From Ylistrum balloti (taxonomy: Eukaryota), in assembly GCF_031769215.1 (NCBI RefSeq), contig NW_026782437.1, forward strand, positions 186,001 to 250,000: a stretch of 64,000 bases of DNA, written 5' to 3'. The stretch's first letter is position 1, and each line of letters begins with the position of its first letter. The notes beneath the pieces were generated by a model, which saw only the letters and a list, made by a program, of their open reading frames with translations, ran no database searches and was not told the origin of the DNA. This document shows, piece by piece, positions 51,385 through 64,000 of the stretch. The position numbers and the translations under genes are program-made.

Positions 51385-52887
51385 AGTGAATTGGGAATCG
51401 ATTAATTACATTCGCAATATTGCACTTATTAACACAGCAGTGACAACATCGTTCCCAAAACTTATCTCTATGCGCATCCTACTTCGGATGATCATGGCTT
51501 AGTTGCACAGCTGAGTCGAGCTGCACCCTGCTCGCGTACCGAAGATGCCATAAAGCTATAACAACATGATACTTCCCTTCGTAGGCCTCATTCGAGGCAC
51601 ATTGTGGTTATCGAAACTTTGGTCAGTTGTGCATGTCGTTATTAAACATCACATGACCCATTAAATTGCAAAGGCCGGTCAAGTTTTCGATTCGGTACTT
51701 CTCATCAGCAACCCTCTTCTCTAATTAATATTTATGCATCGTCTATATCCGGTAAACCAATATTTCGGAATGAAAACTAGAAACATGCGAAACGATCTAT
51801 ACCGTTTGTAGCTAAAACAGAAGTATTGATTATACTTTGAGTTTATCACTATACCTGTCTTTACAACAGGAAAATATCGATATATTTATGTAAATTGGAA
51901 AAAGAAGATGTTAATATTCCTTAACTATATTTAATTCATCTTATATAGACGTATAGTGGTATGGTGTTGAGACCATGGCAGGGGGCAGATTGCAACCTAC
52001 TATGATGGATCATATTCCACAGACACTTTCCAGATGTTATTTTATGTAGATTATCATAGTATACATATACTTATTTCAGATAACGATCCAGTACGCTTTA
52101 AAGAAGACATCCGCACAGACATATTCTGATGACTTTTTGAAGAATGTGAGACATATAGACTAAACATTGAAATATCAATTTGGAACACTATCTCATTATA
52201 TCCTTTCGGAATAATTTGTAGTCTGATATACAGAACAACGATGCCATTGTGTTTGTATTTAATTGGCTTTCTCCAGCTCTTATATGATAGCCTTATTAAA
52301 TAATGATCGCAGACGTACGTTTTACATACTCAATTGATTGGAAGGAAGGGGAGGAGAGGGGCTTCTTGGAGCACTAGCTAGACTCGCTTGGCCTTGTTCT
52401 AATACACGGGTTATCTAATCTGACATACCTCGAAGTTAACACGCAAACATGTGGAGAAATATTTATCAACCAATAGAGATTATTTCACTCATATTACTTA
52501 CCATACGGAACCTACAACATAGAATTACGTATGCCATATACTTGTTGTTCTAGTAGTAAATTAAGATTTTCAACACCTGTGGTTTTGTTCATCTTTTTAA
52601 TTGGTTGAAATAGTGACCTGTTCTCGATATACTAATTGTTTCCCATACCACTTATCTAAGCAGTTCTGTACTCTTCACTTTAGAGGTTTCATTCTTACTT
52701 ATTGCCTAGGTCGGCCATGTCTTATACCTAATGTTAATTTAACATCAATTAGTTATAGTCTTGCATTAATTAGGATTAATGCCGCATTTACTCATTACAG
52801 ATATTCACTCATTACACAAAACACACTTATAATTTAATACTTATAATACTGTCGATATGTAATAGAAAGGATAAATGGAAAATATCA

Positions 52888-52951
52888 GGCTGGGGTTCGA
52901 ACTAGCGACCCTTCGATCCATAGCCAGACACTCTACCGCTCGACTAAAGGG
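52888..52951 (-). pseudogene. tRNA-like (SINE head / tRNA pseudogene), copy 1
   Basis: The minus strand reads CCCTTTAGTCGAGCGGTAGAGTGTCTGGCTATGGATCGAAGGGTCGCTAGTTCGAACCCCAGCC. An A-box-like TAGTCGAGCGG and a B-box GTTCGAACCC are present, but the T and acceptor stems do not pair. Confidence 0.6.
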
Positions 52952-53154
52952 AAGTTATCATTAGTTAAGGCTAGAAAGGCGACTTATACTCTCAACTTCT
53001 ATGCTGCTCCGTCCTTCACAAAGTTTTCGACCCTGAAGACAACAACCCAGCCTTATATCAGAGGAAACATCCCAATCTCCTGTAGCTTCTACCCTTGCGG
53101 TAGTCCGTGACGCCAAATCTGTAATAAGAAGAAGTACTGAAAAACATCGTGCCA

Positions 53155-53220
53155 CCACTGGGGTTCGAACTAGCGATCCTTCAGTCTCTAGCTGGACACT
53201 CTGCCGCTCGTCTAAAGGGG
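53155..53220 (-). pseudogene. tRNA-like (SINE head / tRNA pseudogene), copy 2
   Basis: The minus strand reads CCCCTTTAGACGAGCGGCAGAGTGTCCAGCTAGAGACTGAAGGATCGCTAGTTCGAACCCCAGTGG, a diverged direct copy of 52888-52951 with a similar ~50-bp 5' flank. Confidence 0.6.
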
Positions 53221-53289
53221 AAATTGACACAAGCTGAGGCAAGAAAGGCAACATATTCTCAACTTCTACAGATACATGTTCATTCTACA

Positions 53290-54151
53290 ATAGATATCCA
53301 CTCATCATACAATACACACTAGATATCATACAATACATACTAGATATCCACTCACCATATAATACACACTAGATGTCATACAATACACACTAGATATCCA
53401 CTCATCATACAATACACACTAGATATCCACTCATCATACAATACACTCTAGATATCATACAATACACCCTAGATATCCACTCATCATACAATACTCACTA
53501 GATATTCACTCATCATACAATACACACTAGATATCCACTCACCATACAATACACACTATTAACTCATCATGCAATACACACTAGATATCCACTCATCATG
53601 CAATACACACTAGATATCATATAATACACACTAGATATCCACTCATCATACAATACTCACTAGATATCCACTCATTATACAATACACACTAGATATCATA
53701 CAATACACACTAGATATCCACTCACCATACAATACACACTAGATATCCACTCATCATACAATACACACTAGATATCCACTCATCATACAATACACTTTAG
53801 ATATCATACAATACACACTAGATATCATACAATACACACTAGATATCCACTCATCATACAATACTCACTAGATATTCACTCATCATACAATACACACTAG
53901 ATACCATACAATACACACTAGATATCCACTCACCATATAATACACACTAGATATCATACAATACACACTAGATATCCACTCACCATACAATACACACTAT
54001 CCACTCATCATACAATACACACTAGATATCCACTCATCATACAATACACACTAGATATCATACAATACACACTAGATATCCACTCATCATACAATACACA
54101 CTAGATATCATACAATACACACTAGATATCATACAATACACACTAGATATC
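53290..54151. repeat. Minisatellite of interspersed 29-bp (ACTAGATATCCACTCATCATACAATACAC) and 21-bp (ACTAGATATCATACAATACAC) units
   Basis: Near-perfect tandem units are directly visible across ~860 bp. Confidence 0.95.
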
Positions 54152-57100
54152 AACTCCGAACATCTTCAATTATATTGATTACCTGCTTGATATCTACTCG
54201 TTCATCTAATCATGTTCATTACATACTGATTGGGTTATTAATCCCTAGATATCTGTTAATCTCTAGACTGGATATCCGTTCATTGTTCGGTCGATAAGGT
54301 AATTAATTCTCCTGATATTTTTCACTGCATATATAAAATTTTTCCATTAACATTCTAGATATCTTTTCATCTACATATCGGTTTTAAAGGAAGGATTTTT
54401 TTAGGGGTTTTGACTGCTGCCAATTTCTTTTGCATATTGTATCTTATACAACAAATGTTCTTAACTGAAAGAATATCGATTTCCTTATCAATAATTTATG
54501 TATCACTTGCCGCAAACGAGAGAGAGCGATCGGTTTAGCGTAAGACCAGTAAAACAAAGGTCTTGAGTTTGAATCCAATTACAGGCTTTGAAATAAGTGA
54601 TGATCTCTGCACGTTATTCATAAATTGTCATACATTCAAACCTATCCTACCTATTGGAGTCCTTGCTGTTATGTATACTGTTGACAGTTGAGCTGTCATA
54701 TCCCTTACATATAAAAACATATCCCTTACATATAAAAATAATCAACATAAATCCCGAAAAGTACCCATTTTACTCAATTATATACCCTAATAAAAAATAT
54801 CTTTTTGTACAAAATGTCTCATTTCATGGCCTATGATACCGTCATTTTTGGTTCGAGACAACCAAACTGTGGTACGAACGACTGGTAAGGCCCGGTCGAG
54901 GTAGCCTCCCAATCGTGTTTCGATTCACAGAAGTAACAAAACAAACTCTGATTGAAGGTGCTGTAATCGAGACGAGCTGTTCAGAGATCACCACGCGACC
55001 TCATAAACTATTGGCTCTAGCAAGTCTAGATAATTCCGGGGCTCTTTTGTTTATGCAGTTGTAACGGACAAACCGGTGGAACCAAGAAACGGTCTACCCG
55101 GTTCGTTTTCGTTCCGGACCGTTTTCAGTGATAAGAATTGACACACTCTCCCTACTACGTTCATCCTGCATATTAAATTATCGAAATGTTATAATAGTAT
55201 GGATTTGTTTTTTGTTGAGTATTGTGTGTCATTTAGTTGATTTAATCACAATAACGTGCTTGATCATATTCAATAAGAGCTTGGGGAAAAATGACAGTTT
55301 CTGTGTCATCTTTATATGAGGAGGCTAGGAAATAATTAATTCAGTCATACATGTATGTTATCTCTTAAACAACTGTCCCAGGGTCTTAGGATATTTGTAT
55401 CATATAAGTTTTTCAGCTTTCTTTTTGCAGCAAATTGCAATAAAATATCCGAAGGTTAAAGTTGCATCATACCACTACAATGATACTACCATTTGATGAA
55501 TAATTTCTTGTTTCATTTAAGGAAAACAAATGCTATTATTGTGCAGTACCTTCAGTATATCAACCACAAACTTTTTAAATGTTTGCACCAATATCCTACC
55601 TTAGTAATAATCTTAACCGTTTGTTAATACGTTCACTTGGCTCACAGCAATATTTTAGCCAAATATAGGTTGAGCTGAATTACACGAACAAACCAAATCT
55701 TTAATGCTTTATTCAAAATTTGAAAATGAGAAATGATTTTGCATCTTCTGTTTAAAATCAACAAAGTGTTCCATAGGACTATATTTACATACTCTGACAT
55801 ATGTCACTATAACGACATCAGTAATTAATTTGATCAGGAGTTTGGTTGTTGTATTAACTTCGCCTTTGGAATTTGATAAAGAATGTAACAATCGTGTAAA
55901 GAAACCAAACTGTTACACCTCTTATAAATTCTTACAATTCACTATTTCAAAAATAAAATGTTACAAACTGTGATACTCACCTTTCTTGAAAATAATTTTA
56001 ATCAATACATGAAAATTTGAGTAATCTAATTTTAATTTGTTTGGTCTATAGTGGTAATATTTCTTTTCAGCTTATATTTTGATTTATACGTCACTTCTTT
56101 TATTTAATTTCGTGCTGATAATTGAAAAAATTAGCATCTCAATCACGTTTTTAGAGTAAAGTGAGATAAAGAAAATGGAAACTTATATTTGAAAGGTTAC
56201 CTATTCCCTGATAAATAAATGATACACATCTGTGTACAGTATACTTCAAAATGTTTTTTTCATACATGGACAACGTTGGTTTATCACAGTAAAATCAACA
56301 AAGTTAATAGAAATTACACTAATTACTCAAAATACACTTACTGATTATATGCCGTTTAATTACATATTTTTTTCTTTTAAGATTGAATTTTTTATTTCTC
56401 ATTCGTGATGTCTTCCATGACTTACTACTATGGTACTCTGTCAAGAAGAAAAGAACATCGAATAAGAAACAGGTTAAAGAGGTTAGTTAAATTGAATATG
56501 TAAAAAAGGTGTTTCTGATATAAAGCTAATAACTGTAGGAATTACAGAAAGAACAACTTTAATCACCTTGGCTTCATTGAGAATGCATGTTATCATTTAA
56601 TAGAATTTTATCTACCAAACGTTACATGTTTTTGAATTGATTGAGAACATCATTTTTAAATAACATTTTCTGAAGAACTGGAAAGTTGTTTCTGAATAAG
56701 CAAATCAAGAATTTTCATTTTTATCATCATTTGACTATGATCTGTTTTTTTTCATAAAACAAGTAAACCGTAATACACAATTTTCTAATATTCATAAAAA
56801 ATATTTATGGTCATTGACTTCTGTAATCATTTGATTATACATATGTGGTTTGGTTCGATGTTTAAATAATTGGTAGTTGATAAATAAATGATAATAAAAA
56901 ATAATTGCAAAATGATTTATAGCCTGAATCAGAATATAAATATTGATGTTGTATCCTTATCTAACATTCATTTTACAAAATTTCCTCTTGAATTGACTTT
57001 GCAGAAGAATTATTATATAGAAAGTAGTCTGTCAATGAATAGATTTTATTGTTGAAAAATGTAAAAATCTGCATTAGATTCATTTTTTTTTCTTTTAACA

Positions 57101-57251
57101 AAGTGGTGCTGTTACAAAGTCACTATTATTGTCAGTGTCCTAAAACAATGTATCAGAGACTAGAAATTTTCAAAAATGCAAATATTCAAATTGAAGTGTC
57201 TGGTAATGTTTGTCACTGGAAAGAAAACGCGGTTCGAGCCTGTTCTGTTAC

Positions 57252-57286
57252 GTGGAACGAAACCGTTCCACCTGCGTGCCGGCACG
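57252..57286. other. GC-rich hairpin next to a perfect palindrome
   Basis: GTGGAACG-AAAC-CGTTCCAC (57252-57271) and CGTGCCGGCACG (57275-57286). Confidence 0.8.
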
Positions 57287-57489
57287 ACCAGATAAATAAA
57301 AGCAACCCAGAGGTCCTTGAATAAAATATCACAAAATTCTCCCAGAAACCAAAGAATTATATCAGTGCTTATAGAGTTATTTCACCACTAAAAAGTTAAT
57401 GTGAAATAATGTAAAAATATCATAACCCATAGATGAATCCATCATTTGAATTTTTGACGTTCTAAGCGGCATTTAGTTAATTTTTTTCC

Positions 57490-58045
57490 ACGGTGGGGTT
57501 GAAATTTGTACGCCGTTCCCAGCCTCTCCCCTGATACCCGCACAAGAAAATCAACAACAAGAATAAATATCTCGAGAACAAAAAATCTAATCAATCTAAA
57601 AATTTCTACATAGTGGACTTAAATATTTTAGAAATGGGACACTTTGAATGAATTGATTTAGATATCGAGTTTTTTTTTTTAAATGGACGGGTGAAAACTT
57701 GTGCGTCACTCAACGGTGAAATTTTCCGATTTTTTTTTTCACAAATTAAACAAACATGCATCAGACTTGAGGAATGACCTCCCCCAAGCACGGGTCTGGG
57801 TCAAGTGTAAATATACGACCCGCGATCATGATAAATGCAAGATTAGATATCAATTATGTCCCATTTCTGGGTGAAAATGATGTATTTACAATCAGATGAG
57901 TAAAAATATTGTTTGGAATTTCAAAAAGTCTGAAATCAAACCGTATGATAGCTGTAATTGGTTTTAAAAAAAAAATCGAAAAAATTAACGGTTGAATGCT
58001 GCGTACAAGTTTTCAACCCCTGAAAAAAAAATCGAAATTTAAATT
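57490..58045. mobile_element. Possible degenerate non-autonomous DNA element with internal inverted repeats
   Basis: ggggttgaaatttgtacg (~57495) and cgtacaagttttcaacccc (~58002) are inverted copies, and there is an internal cgggtc..gacccg pair. Termini and TSD were not resolved. Confidence 0.3.
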
Positions 58046-58300
58046 ATTTCATTCACAGTGTCAGATTTTAAAAATATTAAGTACATCTATATATGAAAAA
58101 ATAAGACTAATTATATATTTCATTGTCGAGATATTAATGATTTCTTAATTTCGCAGTACGGGTTTGAGGCCGGGCCCGGGAACGACGTACATAAATTCAC
58201 CCGCACCCATCAAATCAAGAGAAAGGAAATTCTTGCGCAATAGATTGGTGGTTGTGTTTACATATCTGTCAGAGAGAAACTTCTGCGATAAAATGCAAAC

Positions 58301-60943
58301 ATGGATGCCAAGGAATTATTCCATGCATGCAGAACAGGCGATATCACTAAAGTGCAGTAAGTATAATTTTATTCTAACTGTTGTTTGTCAGTGTCTTGTT
58401 GTCATGTCAGTGTCTTGTTGTCAACTGCAGAGACGAATGCTTCCGAGTGACGATTAATCGGAATACTTTTGGCCTGTTATGATAAGAGTTCTGGCCATAA
58501 ACGAAAAGCAGTGCTATGAGAAAATGTTTCTGTGTTTTTTTTTTCCATTTCACCACTGCTACGACTGCACACAACTGTGCAACACATTAGTTTGTGCAGC
58601 AGGGCGTGAGTTAGTGACAGCTGTGTTTCACTGCATAAAATGTATCTATGTACAAAACAACCACAAGTGACAACATGATATTAAGTGCAAACAAATCTTC
58701 AGGTTTGCTGAACTGTTCTGAAATGTTGTCATAAAGTAAATTCACCTCGCATCGAAGAGCATGCATAGAAAGTCATTATTAGACAAGAATTAGAATACTG
58801 CTTTTCAGTTTACGATTTACAACACACAAACTATATAGAATAACTAGAAAATGTACCATAGGGAACAGTAAGTACAGCAAATCAAATAATACAACAAACA
58901 AAATCCATGGCCAATATGCAGAACAATTTTAAGCAAATGCCTCATTCAATATGTGCAGCTATAAACACAAATATCTTGATCCCAGCAGATCACAGAACAA
59001 GACTTCAGACACAGCAAGTCATCCAAAGACACAAGTACTCCTTTTTCTTCCTTTACACTATCATGCAATAGAACCTCCTCCCCATCGCATTCATTAAATA
59101 CATGCATGTACAACACCCACAGAATTGTTGGCATCTAGGTACAATGTAACTCAATTTGGTGACTAGCTGGAATCCTGACTAAGCAGGGTGTTTTTAATTA
59201 CTCCTTCCTATAACAGGATCTTCACCAAAATTCAAGATCATAATTTGATAAAAAGATCTTCTGTGACTTTTTCCCAATAACCAAAAGGTCAAGAATCAAG
59301 TATTTAGCTGGTATGTTCCTGGGATGGAGCATGACTAAATTATGTTATCAAATTACCTTGACCCATATTCAGGGTCATAAGAGTCAAATTTGTTGCACAA
59401 TTAAAAAGATTTGTTCTCATTATCCAAAAGCCTAAGATGATGATATTTGCCTAATAGTTTCCTGAGATGAAGCACCTTTGAATCCACTTACAGGATGTAT
59501 ATCATCTAAACTATTTTACTATTAGCAGTAAAGAAACACAGGCCCATTGGGCCTATTGTTTTCTTTGGAATGGAAGGAAAAAGGATGGGGAAGGCAAGAT
59601 GGATTATATCAATTCAGACAGAGTTTTGACACTCAGATTGATAAAAAATTGTAAATTTGTATGTTTAACATGAAAAATAAACATAAATAGTTAACTTTCT
59701 GTTAATCCTTGATTTAGATTTTGTTTCTAGGCATTTGTTTGGATTAGCAGAGTTTGAATCATGGTCTCATTGATGCTCTGACACAGATTGATATAGCCAG
59801 ACAATAACAGTGATGAGGATGACAATCCTTGTAAAACAGACCTTCGGTTTATGTTACAGATATTTATTTGAACAGAAAGAAGTTGAATTAAATCTAACAG
59901 ACAAGTGGGACAGTTCTCCACTGTAAGTATTAATAAAAATTCCATCAATGATGAAAAAACATGCTGAGGTTATAAATAGTAAGTATTGGCTTGTGACATG
60001 CTAGTTTTTATGTCCCTACTATGAACTTTGGGCATATTAGTTTTTGCCATCCAAGTATGTCCATTTTGTCTTGCCAACTCACACCTCATCATATTCCAAA
60101 TCAATATCATATACTGAGAACGTCTTATCAGATTTGGTTCATATTTACCTTACATTGATGTTGTATATATAAACATCTGCATCTTATTGGATTCTGGATT
60201 GCCCAGGAGCTGGCTTACATTTGTCCCTTAAGGACATGTCCTGGATTTGTGTATGTTTTCCATCACAATCCCGTGAATGATTATGTATATTTTACTCTGT
60301 AGAAGGATTTTTGTTTTCCAATATAAATATATACATGTATATATACAGATACTAACATGTGCATGCACCATACTAATAGTCTCATATACTAATATGTACA
60401 TGCACCTTATCTAGTCACTAATAAATCCCTGATGATAATAGTCCCCGATATCTAGTCAAGAATAAGACCCAGATACTAACATGTGCATGCACCATATCTA
60501 GTCAAGAAGAAGTCCCAGAAACTAACTTGTGCATGCACCATATCAAGTCACCAATAAGTTCTTGATACTAATAGTCCCAGATACTTACAAGTGCATGTAC
60601 AATATCTAGTGACCAACTGGTCCCTGATACTAATAGTGTAACATGTGCATGCACCGTATTTAGTCAACAATAACTCCCTGCTCAAGAATAAGCCCACCCC
60701 ATTCGGTATTACTGCTAAGTAATCATATATCATTGTAGCATTATGCTTTCATTGTACAATAATTATAAATCCATGTATATCAAAAGCCAACATTGTGACT
60801 TTGAGTAAGAACTTATCTATTGGTCAAATTGTACTACGCATGTAAATATTATGTTATATTATAGAGTGTCTGTTTTTTTCTGTTTAGGTACTATGCCTGT
60901 TTATGTGGACATGAAGAGCTTGTCAATTATCTTTTGGAAAATG
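58301..60943 (+). CDS. ABTB1: Ankyrin repeat and BTB/POZ domain-containing protein 1, first three exons (58301-58356, 59860-59922, 60888-60943); continues beyond the window. Not in the supplied ORF track
   Basis: The spliced translation MDAKELFHACRTGDITKVQYLFEQKEVELNLTDKWDSSPLYYACLCGHEELVNYLLENG matches the ABTB1 N-terminus (human MGTSDLFASCRKGDVGRVRYLLEQRDVEVNVRDKWDSTPLYYACLCGHEELVLYLLANG, from memory). Introns are GT-AG with phases 2, 2, 1. Confidence 0.92.
59215..59561 (+). mobile_element. 5'-truncated HINE-type remnant: degenerate monomers plus a 3' hairpin
   Basis: accttgacccatattcagggtca matches the monomer at 6386-6410. The remnant ends in ggcccattgggcc-tattgtttt (59541-59561), the typical 3' hairpin of these elements. 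Confidence 0.6.
60345..60700. repeat. Degenerate ~50-bp intronic tandem repeat
   Basis: Recurring ccagatactaacatgtgcatgcaccatatctagtca units. Confidence 0.7.
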
Positions 60944-61439
60944 GTAATTATGAGTTGATGTTTTCTTAGGAGCAAAAGTTACTGTAAGTTAAAATAATGT
61001 GCCTGTCAGTCCAAACCTTCTTTGATTAACTCGTTGAATTTTTCTAAATAGAAATGGATCTTTGCTGGGGTTATCCCAGGTGGATTGAAGATTTAAAGCT
61101 GTTCAGATAGGGTCATAGACTACCAAAGGGAGGGAAAGAAAGAGAGATATTTAACTACTAGCTTCTGAGAGAGAAAGAAATAAAAAGGAATTGATATCGC
61201 TACTTGTTTGATTAACTTCTGTTCTGGAACTATAAAATTGAAATAGGGGTTAGGAATGACTTAACCCAGGAAGTGTAATAGGATCTTTCACCCCTTGGAG
61301 GTTAAATAGAGGGAAATGGGAAAGGTTAGATAGAAGGATCTTAACCCAAAGGAAAAGGTTGTATAGATGTATCTCAACCCAAGAGGTAAGAAGCATATCA
61401 ACCCAAGGGGAAATGTTAGATATAGGGAACTCAATCAAA

Positions 61440-64000
61440 GGTGAAAGGTAAAATAGAGGGATCTCAACCCAAGGGAAACGGTGAGGGAGAGGGATCTCAA
61501 CCCAAAGGGAAAGGTTAGAGGAGTCTCAACCCAAAGAAATGGTAAGATAGAGCGATCTCAACCCAAGAGGAAAGGTGAAAAAGAGGGATCTCAATCCAAG
61601 GGAAAAGGTGAGAAAGAGGGATCTCAATCCAAGGGAAAAGGTGAGAAAGAGGGATCTCAACCCGAGGTAAAAGGTGAGAAAGAGGGATCTCAACCCGAGG
61701 GAAAAGGTGAGAAAGAGGGATCTCAATCCAAGGTAAAAGGTGAGAAAGAGGGATCTCAATCCGAGGGAAAAGGTGAGAAAGAGGGATCTCAATCCGAGGG
61801 AAAAGGTGAGAAAGAGGGATCTCAATCCAAGGTAAAAAGGTGAGAAAGAGGGATCTCAATCCAAGGTAAAAGGTGAGAGAGAGGAATCTCAGTCCAAGGG
61901 AAAAGGTGAGAAAGAGGGATCTCAACCCGAGGGAAAAGGTGAGAAAGAGGGATCTCAATCCAAGGTAAAAAGGTGAGAAAGAGGGATTTCAATCCGAGGG
62001 AAAAGGTGAGAAAGAGGGATCTCAATCCGAGGGAAAAGGTGAGAAAGAGGGATCTCAATCCAAGGTAAAAAGGTGAGAAAGAGGGATCTCAATCCAAGGT
62101 AAAAGGTGAGAGAGAGGAATCTCAGTCCAAGGGAAAAGGTGAGAAAGAGGGATCTCAACCCGAGGGAAAAGGTGAGAAAGAGGGATCTCAATCCAAGGTA
62201 AAAAGGTGAGAAAGAGGGATTTCAATCCGAGGGAAAAGGTGAGAAAGAGGGATCTCAATCCGAGGGAAAAGGTGAGAAAGATGGATCTCAATCCGAGGGA
62301 AAAGGTGAGAAAGAGGGATCTCAATCCAAGGTAAAAAGGTGAGAAAGAGGGATCTCAACCCGAGGTAAAAGGTGAGAAAGAGGGATCTCAACCCGAGGGA
62401 AAAGGTGAGAAAGAGGGATCTCAATCCAAGGTAAAAGGTGAGAAAGAGGGATCTCAATCCGAGGGAAAAGGTGAGAAAGAGGGATCTCAATCTGAGGGAA
62501 AAGGTGAGAAAGAGGGATCTCAATCCAAGGTAAAAAGGTGAGAAAGAGGGATCTCAATCCGAGGGAAAAGGTGAGAAAGAGGGATCTCAATCCGAGGGAA
62601 AAGGTGAGAAAGAGGGATCTCAATCCAAGGTAAAAAGGTGAGAAAGAGGGATCTCAGTCCAAGGGAAAAGGTGAGAAAGAGGGATCTCAACCCGAGGGAA
62701 AAGGTGAGAAAGAGGGATCTCAATCCAAGGTAAAAAGGTGAGAAAGAGGGATTTCAATCCGAGGGAAAAGGTGAGAAAGAGGGATCTCAATCCGAGGGAA
62801 AAGGTGAGAAAGATGGATCTCAATCCGAGGGAAAAGGTGAGAAAGAGGGATCTCAATCCAAGGTAAAAAGGTGAGAAAGAGGGATCTCAATCGGAGGGAA
62901 AAGGTGAGAAAGAGGGATCTCAATCCGAGGGAAAAGGTGAGAAAGAGGGATCTCAATCCAAGGAAAAAGGTGAGAGAGAGGGATCTCAATCCAAGGGAAA
63001 GGTTAGAGGGATCTTAACCAGAGGGAAAAGGTGAGAGAGGGATCTCAACCCAGAGGGAAAGGTTAGAGGGATCTCATTCCCAGGGAAAAGGTGAGAGAGG
63101 GATTTCAACCAAAGGGAAAAGGTGAGAAAGAGGGATCTCAATCCAAGGGAAAAGGTGAGAGAGAGGGATCTCAACCCTAAGGGAAATGTCAGAGGGGTTT
63201 CAACCCAAGGAAAAAGGTTAGAGAGGGATCTCAATCCAAGGTAAAAGGTGAGAGAGAGGAATCTCAGTCCAAGGGAAAAGGTGAGAAAGAGGGATCTCAA
63301 TCCGAGGAAAAGGTGAGAAAGAGGGATCTCAATCCGAGGAAAAGGTGAGAAAGAGGGATCTCAATCCAAGGTAAAAAGGTGAGAAAGAGGGATTTCAATC
63401 CGAGGGAAAAGGTGAGAAAGAGGGATCTCAATCGGAGGGAAAAGGTGAGAAAGAGGGATCTCAATCCAAGGAAAAAGGTGAGAGCGAGGGATCTCAATCC
63501 AAGGAAAAGGTTAGAGGGATCTAAACCCGAGGGAAAAGGTGAGAGAGGGATCTCAACCCAGAGGGAAAGGTTAGAGGGATCTCATTCCCAGGGATAAGGT
63601 GAGAGAGGGATTTCAACCAAAGGGAAAGGTCAGAGGAGTCTCAACCCCAAGAAATGGTAAGATAGAGTGATCTCAATCCGAGGGAAAAGGTGAGAAAGAG
63701 GGATCTCAATCCAAGGTAAAAAGGTGAGAAAGAGGGATTTCAATCCGAGGGAAAAGGTGAGAAAGAGGGATCTCAATCCGAGGGAAAAGGTGAGAAAGAA
63801 GGATCTCAATCCAAGGGAAAAGGTGAGAAAGAGGGATCTCAATCCGAGGGAAAAGGTGAGAAAGAGGGATCTCAATCCAAGGTAAAAAGGTAAGAAAGAG
63901 GGATCTCAATCCGAGGGAAAAAGTGAGAAAGAGGGATCTCAATCCGAGGGAAAAGCTGAGAAAGAGGGATCTCAATCCAAGGAAAAAGGTGAGAGAGAGG
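61440..64000. repeat. 33/34-bp satellite (AAGGTGAGAAAGAGGGATCTCAATCCGAGGGAA), more than 2.5 kb, running off the window end; lies in ABTB1 intron 3; degenerate flank from ~61250
   Basis: Roughly 75 tandem copies are directly visible. The unit is 25/33 purines on the + strand. Confidence 0.97.

Noticed and set aside
52888-53220. Functional tRNA genes
   Set aside because: A and B boxes are present, but the acceptor and T stems do not pair and the anticodon stems have mismatches. Treated as SINE heads or pseudogenes.
37941-54151. Regularly spaced repeats (50-bp, 86-bp and 29/21-bp arrays) superficially resembling CRISPR arrays
   Set aside because: The units are head-to-tail tandem copies with no unique spacers, there are no cas genes, and the DNA is eukaryotic.
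54530-54592. Another tRNA-like segment (ggtttagcgtaagacc...gagtttgaatcc)
   Set aside because: Too degenerate to support more than a possible old SINE head.
54830-55130. CpG-rich patch as a first exon or promoter of ERC
   Set aside because: Plausible by position, but I could not identify a convincing donor or an initiator linking it to ERC.
61481-63975. Many ORFs such as (SQSKGKGEKEG)n and (LRSLFLTFSLG)n
   Set aside because: They arise because the 33-bp satellite unit is a multiple of 3. Frames break at every 34-bp variant, there is no splice context, and the array lies in an intron.

Overview
AT-rich, intron-containing animal DNA, most likely a lophotrochozoan and probably a bivalve mollusc, judged from the Helentron-associated (HINE-type) repeats and the gene structures. 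I reconstructed five protein-coding genes by hand from GT-AG exons with consistent phases: (1) the 3' part of RAD52 (+, 93-4773); (2) a 594-aa Egalitarian-like protein with three LOTUS/winged-helix repeats, a cold-shock/OB-like domain in place of the exonuclease domain, and a C-terminal dynein light chain-type motif (-, 13898-16188); (3) an 803-aa USP-family deubiquitinase with a hydrophobic, probably membrane-anchoring N-terminus (+, 24722-30542); (4) a 15-exon ERC/ELKS/CAST active-zone scaffold of about 1119 aa (-, 39977-51384); (5) the first three exons of ABTB1 (+, 58301-60943, continuing beyond the window). Mobile and repetitive DNA includes a TTAA-flanked Kolobok-type deletion derivative in USP intron 3 that retains a THAP remnant and a KolX/P2X7-ballast-like remnant, two HINE-type remnants, tRNA/SINE-like heads, several minisatellites and a >2.5 kb 33-bp satellite. 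The most notable items are the Egl-like/cold-shock protein, the membrane-type USP, three independent tandem repeats seeded exactly at exon/5'-splice-site junctions, and RAD52-ERC linkage as in human. All family assignments rest on motif recognition from memory; no database searches were run.
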